Source of the DNA: Somniosus microcephalus
Lineage: Eukaryota
Direction of reading: 5' to 3'
Length of the DNA stretch: 64,000 nucleotides
NCBI GenBank assembly: GCA_052327205.1
Contig: CM126211.1
Span: 157,728,001 to 157,792,000, forward strand
The notes beneath the pieces are model-generated. The model did not search any database. It saw nothing but the letters and a program-made list of their open reading frames with translations, and was not told the origin of the DNA. Position numbers and translations under genes: made by a program. Below, in pieces: positions 13,710-24,187 of this stretch. Within the stretch, counting starts at the first letter, position 1. Each line of letters opens with the position of its first letter.

Positions 13710-14112
13710 ATTTTGTGTTCAGGTTGTCTTACTCTCAAAATAAGGGGTAGATTTTATGTACAGTGGCGGGGTAATTTTGGTGGTCTACTTCTGAACACGT
13801 GTGTTTTCCAATCTGTATAACTCGAGGGAGTGTGACCACATTCACTGAAGCTCTCAGAGAGACTCTCGCAAACCAGCTATCCAAATTGGAGATTTGGTTT
13901 TAGTTTTGCAAATGCTTTAATTTAAGATCTTCAATGTTTAATTTACAAAGAAATTCATTTTCCATTTGTTATCAATTACATCTGAATAATTGAATTCACA
14001 GTCTAATTATTCTTTGGAAGTCGAGGACACAAAATACATATGCCACAAACTATTGCATGGCAGCCAATGTCATTCTCATTCCAACATATCTAAATTTAGC
14101 TTCCATACTTAC

Positions 14113-14163
14113 CAATACAAAAGGAAAAACATGAGTCCGCAGAGGTTTCCTGTGATGTGACAT
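14113..14163 (-). CDS. edar: EDAR first coding exon (human exon 2 equivalent), MSHHRKPLRTHVFPFVL; whole exon 14113-14179 including 16 nt of 5'UTR
   Basis: Minus strand reads tgttgcag|GCCAACAAATAGAAAG ATG...TTG|gtaagt. It has 17 codons and a phase-0 donor, the same coding length as the human EDAR ATG exon, and joins in frame to 8791-8916 to complete a signal peptide. Confidence 0.85.
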
Positions 14164-14923
14164 CTTTCTATTTGTTGGCCTGCAACACATCCATAAAAAT
14201 ATAGAAATAAAAGAGCCTCTTTAATCCCTTTATACTTGAAAATATAACAGCATTCTATTAATCTTTCTATGGTAATTGAGCAGGTTGGTCTGGGTGCATT
14301 TGTACAGAAAGGGAAAAAAATAAGATTTTTTAAACCTGTAGGAATGCATTTCTCTACCTTTAACTGTGTCATTTAAAAAAACGTATTACTGCTTTTTTTC
14401 CATCTCTCAAACTCTACTTCAACAAATGTGTCTACAAAATGTGACATGCTCGAGGGAAAGTTGTGTTATTAATGAACCAAGTTTAGTTGTACTGTAACAT
14501 TCATTAAGAACAGCATTAAAATCTTCGAAAGTGCTCTTTTTTCCATTTTTTCTGTCGTCAGAGTAGATTGGTACTGTTGGGTAGGCTGGTCATAAATATG
14601 AGCAAGAAGATCTCACATGTCTTTGGAGACACATTGCCATCTTTGTAATATATAGGAGAGCACAATGACAGCAGCGGTGAAACAACAGCATCATTTAATT
14701 AGGTAATCAAAGCGAAGGGGCATATTTTCTTCTTGAGCGTTAACTTTAACCAAAAATAGTACTGGACAAGAATTGCAGAAAGCAACAACCTGACTTTTCA
14801 TCCATTTCTGCCACCATTGATTCTTGTTCTCATCCTAAAATATCCAAACTTAAGTAATAAAAATATAGTTTTGCTTGTTCAGCATTGTTAAGATCTTGTT
14901 AAAGGTCAACGAAGAAAAACAAT

Positions 14924-16711
14924 GGGCTGGATTTTACGAACTTCGGCGGGTCTCGGGTGTACAACGTTGGTGGCGGGTCCCGACCCCGCTGCTGCCTCCA
15001 ACCCGCTCTGTGAAATGAATTTCTATTGATGGGGCTTGTTAAGCCCGCCCAGCGCGTTTCCCGGCAAATTAGAGGAAACGGGTCTGGTGACATCATTTGA
15101 TGACGCGTCATCAGCTGGTTTCCTTAAAGGGACCATGGCCAACTTTAATTTGACATTTGTGCTGTCAGTGTTCTACAGCATTGAGGTGCTGCAAACACTG
15201 ACAATGACTGCACAGAGGTGCAGGGCTACACTCAGGTTCTCCCATGTCTCCCTCCATATGCTTATGGAGGGAGTCACAGCAGACAGGGAGGTTCTCTTTC
15301 CTTCCCATGGGCAGAAGAGACCTCCCCAGGAGATCAACACAGCCTGGTTGCACATTGCACAGAAGGGCACAAGCAGGGATGGGGTCAGGAGGACCAGGCT
15401 GCAGTGCTGCAAACCTTTCAATGATCTCAGTAGATCACGAAATGTTAGTACAAAGCCACACTCAACCTCATCCTGCTGTGCCTCTCATCACATCCCCATC
15501 ACTCTGCCTTCCCTACCCTACTCCTGCACATCCTTTCTCACACCAACTTACCTTGCACCTTCACCCATCCCTATCTACATTATCACTTCCCCATCTCACT
15601 AGCCACCCTTCACACTCACCCTCATCCTAATGCAATCATACCAACTAACAACACACAAGGGTAGGCACTTGGGTGTTTTAGCCAATGTTCATGTAAAGTT
15701 TCTATTACTGTGGTGTCAAACATTGAAACCTTTATTTTCAACACTGTGTGTTCTTGGACAGATTTGTGTGCACCTTTGGAAGTGGCTTAGTGAGCTGCTG
15801 TGAATGGTGAGACATAACGGTACCCCCCCACAATGGTGATGAGTGTGAAATGAATGGTTTGGGCATTGTAGGGATGCTTTATGGTGTTGGTGTGGGGTGG
15901 TGCCAACCTGACGCATCATGTGGCAGCCAGGGTGTACAGCACCAAGTGAAGTAAATCTGGCCATGGTGAGCCCATCCCTGGCTTCCCGGGCAGCAATGTG
16001 GTCAGTAGCTGATACCCTGTGTCCTGTGCAGCACCAGTTGATTGCGGAGAAGTTTGGTGTTGTTGTTGGTGCTGCTGGTGTGCCTGGTGCTGCTGGTGTG
16101 CCTGGCAATGCTGGTGTGCCTGGTGATGCTGGTGTTGTGGCTGATTGTGGTGGGATTCTGAGGACCAAGGTGAGAGAGTTTCAACGGCACCCATGCTGAT
16201 GAAGTAGAGATGACAGAAGCAATCTGTCAATGGTGGGAGAGATAATGAGGTCAGACTGGATGGAGACTTGTGTAAAGACTTGCAGCATTCTGAATCTGTA
16301 GTGGAAATGCAGTTTAGAGAAGCTAGTGGCTAAGGGAACATTTCTCAATCAGCTGGGAGTTTTGACTTGACATTTAAAGCTGTCAACTCATCAGCTGATT
16401 CAATGGCCACTGACCTCCCGCCTCAGCTTCACAGACGAGATCTAGGCACAGCGGCAAACTGGTGGGTGACCTGTCAAATTCAAAAAGCTGGAAAAAAAAC
16501 CATTGTTAAGTAGTTGTAATCATGCCACTAATGATTTTAATTGCCTCCCCCGCCGCTGCGTGTCGGGTCTGCTCAGTGCTGACAGACCCGACATTTGGTA
16601 AAGGCGCGTGGCGGCGGGTTCACAGCGGGGTCCCGACCAGCTGGGGAAAAAACACTTTCCCACCCGACCCACCATCGATTGCACCCGCTGACCCCCTGCA
16701 AAATCCAGCCC
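14924..16711 (+). mobile_element. Non-autonomous Harbinger derivative retaining a decayed Myb/SANT-like exon
   Basis: 12-bp TIRs gggctggatttt / aaaatccagccc. ORF 15036-15602 contains RFS..L.MLMEGV..REVLFP...AW..IA....RT..QC.K.FNDL. No transposase; TSD not clean. Confidence 0.8.
16060..16140. repeat. 18-bp tandem repeat (gctgctggtgtgcctggt)n
   Basis: About 4 copies visible; shorter in the related copy near 55410-55450. Confidence 0.75.
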
Positions 16712-18131
16712 ATAGACTCAAAATTAGAGTTAATATTGTTGACAAAGGACAAGATTTTTGCATATTCTGGTAAGTACTTGAAAAATAAACGTACTCTTTT
16801 GGTGGCATCCTCCAGCGGTCGCTTTAAGAACCACTGGTTAGGCAATATTAGACCTGGTTTTCCTGAAGGCAGCCGGCCCGGTGTCGGCTGCATCAGGGCA
16901 GCCTCATTTAAAATTACACAGGGGGTCTCAAACATGCATAGGCCCCCTATTTCTATATACAAATGGTTTAATTCCTGTTACAGGTGTGGGCCCTGGACTC
17001 CTCTTTTTCTGCTTTTACCATTATTCTGGGCGGTGTACTTCCAGCGCGTAATGGGTGCACACGCCCCCACCCGCCATATTGGATGCTAAGGTGCCCATTT
17101 TGCGCCTGAAAAACGGGTGCAGCGCCATCAAATTCCAATGCCCACAAATCTGGAAGATAGTGTTCTCATCAGTAAATTATCTGGACCTCATCAAAAGCAG
17201 TAATTGCTCATTACAAAAATTTGAAACCATTACTGTAATGTCATTGCACACTGGAAGGTAATAACTGCCAACAAGTCATGGTCTGTTTCTACTGAACCAA
17301 TTCCAGTTAATACCATTGCAACTCCCCAAGAACATAAGCAGACAGACAGACACATACTTAACATACCAATAATTACCAACTTACTGACTGTGTCTCACTT
17401 TTCTTGTACAATCATGCAAGTTCTAAATATCAGAAGCAAATTGGCAGCGTACGGAATAAGAGACACCTAAACAGATAATTACTACCGTTTTTGGGGTTTA
17501 TTCAATATAATTAAGTGGATTAGGCATTCATTGTTGCCAGGTTCACTAATCTTGCTAGTGATACCGACAGCAGTGTGAACAAACATGTCAAAATATCACA
17601 AGCATTTCTCATTAATCACTGTGGCCTAGAAATTCAGTTGGTTGCGCCAGCCGTTAGCGCCTTAGGAGGAGTAGATGTCGGGCGCTAGGTGGCTAGCGCC
17701 CGGGCGCAGCGCGATCTGCGCCTCGCCCCAACTTCACTAGAGATTTAGCGGCGGCGCAAAGTCTTTGCGCGCGCTCAGCTGCGCGCGCAGATCATGATGT
17801 CATTTCCTCGTGCAACGCCCTTTGTGCGCCCCCAACCGGAACTTCAGTCGCGCCGCCCCATTGTGCGCCTGGCGCCCCTAGCGACTGTTAGAGTGGAACG
17901 GTGCTCAGCCGATGCGGGGCGCGGGGGGGCGCAAATTAAAGGGCACTCCTCCTGCACTATAAAAGGCTGCCATTTCGCAGCACTCCTTCTTGAGAAACGG
18001 ATCTTTGGAGAGAGCCCAAGGTAGAGAGCTTTCTGCTTTGGCCCAACACTCGGACAGGTACTTGTGGCTTCAGGCCACAGCTTTCCACTAGTCTTTGCCT
18101 TCATTGACATCTCATTGTTTGCCAGCATATT

Positions 18132-19248
18132 ATGGGGGCTGCAATGGGTGTCAACGCTAGCTTTCTCAATTACATCCAAAGGGCTCACAGATGCCGTGAG
18201 AGAGTGGCAGCCCTGGCTAGACGGAGAGGGGGCAACAGGCGTCGGCAAAGGAGGCCTTACCCACCCAGGGTATACCGCCAGCAGTTCTCCTATCTCAACA
18301 TGTCTGACGAGCAGTGTGTTCGGAGGCTGCGATTCAGACGTGGTCACAGAGATCTGCCAGCTGCTTGGCGGTGATCTGCAGCCACAGCTGAGGAGCAGGA
18401 CGTCTCTGTCGGTGGAAGTGAAGGTGACGGTGGCTCTCAACTTCTATGCCACCGGCTCCTTCCAATCCGCTACTGGGGACATGGCCAACATCTCCCAGTT
18501 CGCCGTGCATTGCTGCATCCGCCAGGTGACCAATGCCCTTTTCAAAAGGAGACGTCAGTTCATCTCCTTCTCCATGGCCCTTGCCAAGCAGCAATAGCAT
18601 GCAATGGGCTTTGCAGCATTCGCGGGCTTCCCCATGGTGCAGGGCGCCATTGACTGCACGCATGTGGCTTTGCGGGCACCTCTGGAGAATGCCGAGGATT
18701 ACCGCAACTGGAAGGGCTACCATTCGCTGAACGTCCAGCTGGTGTGTGACCACAGGCAGCTCATCCTAGCTGTCAATGCCCACTTTCCAGGCAGCAGCCA
18801 CGATGCCTTCATCCTGCGACAGACTTCTGTGGCAGACATGTTCCAGGCACAGCCTCACCCACGAGGATGGCTTATCGGGGACAAAGGCTATCCTTTGTGT
18901 ACCTGGCTGATGACCCCGCTCCGTGCGCCCAGCACCCCTGCTGAAGAGGGATACAATGAGAGCCATCAAGCGACCAGGAACATCATTGAACAAACAATCG
19001 GCATCCTGAAGCAACGGTTCCGATGTCTGGATCGTTCCGGTGGAGCCCTACAGTATTCGCCGGAGCGAGTCTCCCATTTCGTGGTCGTTTGCTGCATGCT
19101 GCACAACCTGGCTATCCGCAGGACTCAGGCACTGCCACCAGAGATTGGAGGACCACCTCAGGAGGAGGAGGAGGAGGAGGACCAGCACAGGAGGGAGGCA
19201 GAAAGTGCAAGGGCCGCCCGTCGCCGGCTTATTGAACGTCGGTTCTAG
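18132..19248 (+). pseudogene. Harbinger (HARBI1-like) DDE transposase, inactivated
   Basis: Motifs [52 protein letters not shown]; one frameshift near 18340 and an in-frame TAG at 18595-18597; TATA-like tataaaa at ~17958. Confidence 0.93.
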
Positions 19249-19356
19249 GCCCCCTCTCAGGGAATGGCTTGTGCCAATGTCAGCAGATGAATGTAGCCGC
19301 TCCACAAGCCCTCAGCCGAGCAGGGCAACCAGGACTTAACAAAAAAACATGCACAC

Positions 19357-22300
19357 TGATGTAAGAAAAAGGAGACTTACCATCAAGTAACTTTAAAGTA
19401 AGCTTTAAGTAACTTATAAACACACTATATACAAGAGAGGTCTTTACCATGCCTCTGGTAGAAGCCTCTTACAATACTGAACAGACCAGTATTTATACCA
19501 GTCCAACAGGAAGTGACATATGACAGGAAGTGAGGTATGTACACAGTTCATAGTTCACAGTTCATAGTTCACAGGAAGTGATGACATAACTTCCCGGAAG
19601 TTAGCATTTTTATCACATTCTTCCCTCCTGCAGGATTAGAAGGCTGTGGTCTACCTTTTGGTCCGCAGCCGCCGAACAAGGAAGAGTCGCACCCGTTTGG
19701 ATTCCCGTCGTAGAGGGTCGCTGGTCCGCTTACATGCGGTTGGCCATTGGTCAGAGTCTGTGTGGCCTGGATTGCCCTGTGAAGGGTCGGGGAGATCATG
19801 GCTTCGAGTACGAGCCCCAATAGGTTCAAAGTCGGACTGCCTCTGTTCAGAGGGAGGTGCAGAGCTGGTCTGTGGCGGATCAGTACTTTCATGCGCGGTA
19901 CTGGGAGGGTCGCAACCTTGAGCACGGGGTTCTACCGGCACCAAGCTAGTTGGTGTCCGATCAGGATCCTGGAGAGGGGTACCCGATAGGTCCCAAGAGT
20001 TTCCTGGTGAAATGCCATCACCCGATGTCCCACGAGGTCCTGGTGGGCAGGGAGCCAGATCCCGTAATGATACGGTAGATTCTCGGCCGTCGGAATATCG
20101 TATGTTTGCATAGGTGGGGTTGGCATCGGTTAGTTCAACCTCGTCTACGAGAGGGTCATTTTTAGACGTCCGAACGTATCTTCGGAGTAATACAGGTCCA
20201 GGAGTAGTTAGCCATGACGGGAGTGATGTCCCATGAGATGAGCGACGCTGGAATCCAAAGAACCGCTCATGAGGTGTAGTATTTGTGGCTGTAGAAAGCA
20301 GGGACCGTATAGAGTGCAATGCATCCGGAAGCACTGTTTCCCATTGCTGGTCTGGTAGGCCCCGAGATCTTAAAGCGAGACGTACGGAATTCCAGATGAT
20401 ACCGTTATACCTCTCTACCTGCCCATTTCCGATGGGATGGTATGGTGTTGTTTTGCTTGTAGCAATTCCCCGTTCTGAGAGGTAGTCCTTGAGTTCCCTT
20501 GACATAAAGGATGGACCCCGATCTGAGTGAATATAAGCCGGCATGCCACAGAGAGAAAATACCTGCTCAAGGCAGCAGATTACTGTGGACGCCAGCATAT
20601 TGGAGCAGGGGAAGGCAAACGGAAAACGTGAATATTCGTCGATCATGGTGAGCAAATATGTGTTCCGAGTTGAAGAGGGCACTGGGCCCTTAAAATCGAT
20701 GCTAAGTCATTGCATCGGTTGGGTTGCATGTATGAGTATACCAGCTGAGGGGCGGAAGAACTGAGGTTTTAATTCCGCACAAAGCCGGCATTCTGAGCAT
20801 ATTTTCTTTACATCTCCAGTGGAAAAAGGGAGATTCCGTGATCGTACGAAATGTAGCATGCGCGTAACGCCAGGATGACACAAACCATTGTGGACATCCA
20901 TGAGAGTGGAGGATGACATAGTGGAGCAGAATGCCCGTGTGAGGGTGTCCGGGGCCACATTCTCCTTGCCAGGCCGATAGAGAATGGTATAACCAAAAGA
21001 GGCCAGTTCCATCCTCCAAAGTTGTATTTTATTATTCTTAATTTTGGTTCGTTTTCGATTATCGAGCATGAAGGCGACTGATCGTTGGTCCGTGATCAAT
21101 GTAAAGTGCTGGCGAGCTAGAAAATGGTTCCACTTCCGTACTGCCTCTATGATGGCTGTGGCTTCTTTCTCAACCGGAGGATAATGTAGCTCGGCACCTT
21201 GTAAGGTCCTGGACATAAATGCTACAGGACGACCTTCCTGATTCAGAGTAGCCGAGATCGCCACCTCCGAGGCATCACATTCAACCACGAAAGGGAGATT
21301 CTCATCGATGGAGTGAAGAGCCGCTTTCTCCAACTGTTTTTTGAGAAGGTTAAAGGCTGCAACAGCCACTGTTCCCAGTGGAAATGATCTAGCATGCAGC
21401 AAGGGTTGGATTTTGTCCGAAAAATGAGGAATCCATTTAGCGTAGTATGCAAACAGACCGAGAGCCCGACGTAAAGAAGCCGGATTCTTAGGTGACGGGA
21501 GCTCTTGGAGCGGGCGAAGTCTTTCTGGGTCTGGCTTAATGATACCATTGCCTACGCAGTAGCCAAGGATGTTGATGGTCGGTTGCGACTCAACAGATTT
21601 GGATTCATTCAGGGTCAAATTACGGCGATGGAGGGCATCCCGAAATTTTTGGAGGTTGGAGTCGTGTTCCTGTTGATCGTGACCTGCAATGGTAATGTTA
21701 TCAAGATAGGGAAAAGTGTCCCTTAGGTTTTCCTGCTTAACCAGGCCATCCATTGCCCGTTGAAAGGCAGCCACTCCATTAGTAACCCCGAATGGGAGGC
21801 GACGAAATTGGTACAGCCGTCCATTAGCCTCAAAGGCTGTGTACTGCTTATCTGAGACCTTCAAGGGTAACTGATGATAGGCACTTTTTAAATCGTAAGT
21901 TGAGAACACTTTGTATTCGGCCAGTTTATTAACCATATCATCAATGCGTGGCAATGGGTAGGCGTCCAAGTCGGTATATTGATTGATGGTTTGCGAATAA
22001 TCGATGCATAGTCGCTGTTTGTGAGGTTTTAGAGGGTTCTTGACAATGACGACTTGAGCCCGCCAGGGCGACGAACATGGTTCAATGATATCCTCTGCTA
22101 GAAGTCGAGAGATTTCAGCCGCAATAAAAGATTGGTCTTCCTGATTAAAGCGCCGCGATTTCGTTATTATCGGTTGGCATTGAGGCGGAATACTGGCAAA
22201 TAATGAGGGTTCATCAAGTGAAGCTGCTGATAATGCACAAAAAGGTAATTTAGATGGTATATTAGAAATAGTAAGTCCGGGTTTGGATCCACCAAACTCA

Positions 22301-23919
22301 ATGGTGAGTTTCTTATGCTGTTTTTGGAAGTCCAGCCCTAAGAGGAGATCACTACATAAGTCTTTGAGCACCGAAAGTCGGGTGGAGGGATACATACGAC
22401 CATGAAGTGTCATATCAACAACACAAAAGCCGGAGATTCTGGTATTAAGTGATGACTGGGCCATCGCAATTGCCTGGTCCGATGGGAAGACATGTAGTTT
22501 CAATTTCGCAACAATCTGTTCCTTAATGAAACTATCAGTACTTCCTGAGTCAATTAAGGCATCTAAGGTATGCCCTTTAATTGAAATTTTTGTGGCTGCC
22601 TGAGACAGGTTCTGTGGGCAAGCAGCTGTAATTGGTGTCGTTGCACAGAGAGTGGCTAAAACTCTCGGTGTGCTTCTTCGGGAGAGAGCTCGAGAGGAAG
22701 CTTGATAGGTCCTAGCTGGAGCATCTTGATAGGCCCTAATTGGGGCAGTTCGGTAGGTCTTAGCTGGATTGGCCCTCGTAGAGGCCCTTGATAGGCAAAC
22801 TTTAGCAAAGTGTCCTTTTTTCCCGCAATAACTGCAGATTGCATTGCGAGCAGGGCAGGTTTTCCTAGGGTGAAAAGCATCTCCACAAAAGAAGCATTCC
22901 TTCCTAGATTGCCAAGAGGCTGCTAAAGTGGGGTCATCCTCCTCTTCTTCATCAGAATTATCAGAATTAGATTCCCCCATGATAGGGTTCACCTGAGACC
23001 GCTTGAATTGTCTGGTTGCAGCTACAGCAGCAGATCGAGATCTGGGCAGCTGATAGAGGTCTGCATTTCTCTTTGCCAAATCCAGTGAACAAGCTAGGTC
23101 AAAAGCTTTTTGTAGCTCAAGTGTTTTACTTTCTAGTAGACGCTGGCGTATAAATGGAGAGGCAATCCCGCAGATGAAAGCATCACGAATCATTTCTTGG
23201 CGGTACAGCTCAGCTGAGGCTGCCTGAAAGTTACAATCTACGCTGAGCCTGCGAAGTTCTTGCAGGAATTCGTCAATTGATTCCCCTGGCCCTTGTCGGG
23301 CTGTGGCCAGTAGATGTCTAGCATAGACCTCATTTGGGGTCTTCGCATACAGTTTCTTAAGTGCCCGAATCACCTCTTCGTAATTATCCCAGTCATCAAC
23401 ATATTCGAACACTTTTGGGGTCACATAATTGACAAGTATCTTCAATTTAGCAGGAGCATCCACTTTACATTCATCCAGAAAATTCTCAAAAGTACGATAC
23501 CAATGCTTCCATACCCTGCCAGCTGCTGGTGTATTCGGGTCCAAGTCCAGACGAATAGGTCTAAGGATTTTCTCCATGATGGGTGGTTCCCTGGATCCTT
23601 AACTTCCGAGTTTGTCTGAAGGTCTAGTATTTGTCAGTGTAAATACTAAGTTACTTAAATTGATGTAAGAAAAAGGAGACTTACCATCAAGTAACTTTAA
23701 AGTAAGCTTTAAGTAACTTATAAACACACTATATACAAGAGAGGTCTTTACCATGCCTCTGGTAGAAGCCTCTTACAATACTGAACAGACCAGTATTTAT
23801 ACCAGTCCAACAGGAAGTGACATATGACAGGAAGTGAGGTATGTACACAGTTCATAGTTCACAGTTCATAGTTCACAGGAAGTGATGACATAACTTCCCG
23901 GAAGTTAGCATTTTTATCA
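19357..23919 (-). mobile_element. Full-length Ty3/Gypsy LTR retrotransposon (4563 bp), very recent
   Basis: 259-bp LTRs at 19357-19615 and 23661-23919, identical by eye, TGAT...ATCA ends; TSD cacac; PPT ggagggaagaatg next to the left (3') LTR. Confidence 0.96.
19651..23577 (-). pseudogene. Gag-PR-RT-RNaseH-IN polyprotein, single frame with one premature stop
   Basis: CCHC knuckles, LIDSGS protease, RT YLDN, RNase H CDAS/TDQ, HHCC, then TGA at 20707-20709 followed in frame by LSIDFKGP...SDRG...VER (integrase). Confidence 0.93.
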
Positions 23920-24016
23920 CACACACTGCAATTTAACAACAATAATTTATTGCAAACCTCTGCCCTTCCCACATTACATCCTCATGTGGAGAAGCCCCCT
24001 CCAAAAACACAAAACT

Positions 24017-24160
24017 ACCAGTCTCGGCCTTACAAAAAGAAAGAAAGACACCAGTCTCGGCCTTACAAAAAGAAAGAAAGACACCAGTCTCGGCCTTACA
24101 AAAAGAAAGACACCAGTCTCGGCCTTACACAAACACAACTGCACCAGTCTCGGCCTTACA
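24017..24160. repeat. ~29-33-bp tandem repeat (accagtctcggccttaca...) x5 between the Harbinger genes
   Basis: Five copies of ccagtctcggccttaca directly visible. Confidence 0.9.
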
Positions 24161-24187
24161 ACAAGCACCAGGCATTTGTGCATACCC

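Noticed and set aside
14109-14372. 87-aa minus-strand ORF over the EDAR ATG exon
   Set aside because: It is in a different frame from EDAR, is mostly intronic, and shows no recognisable protein features.
18132-19248. Host HARBI1 gene
   Set aside because: It lies between TIRs with a TSD, is disrupted, and has a close paralogue in the window, so it is a transposon copy.
24017-24160. CRISPR-like repeat-spacer appearance (also 25596-25765)
   Set aside because: The spacers are short and near-identical, there are no cas genes, and the context is a eukaryotic transposon: ordinary tandem repeats.
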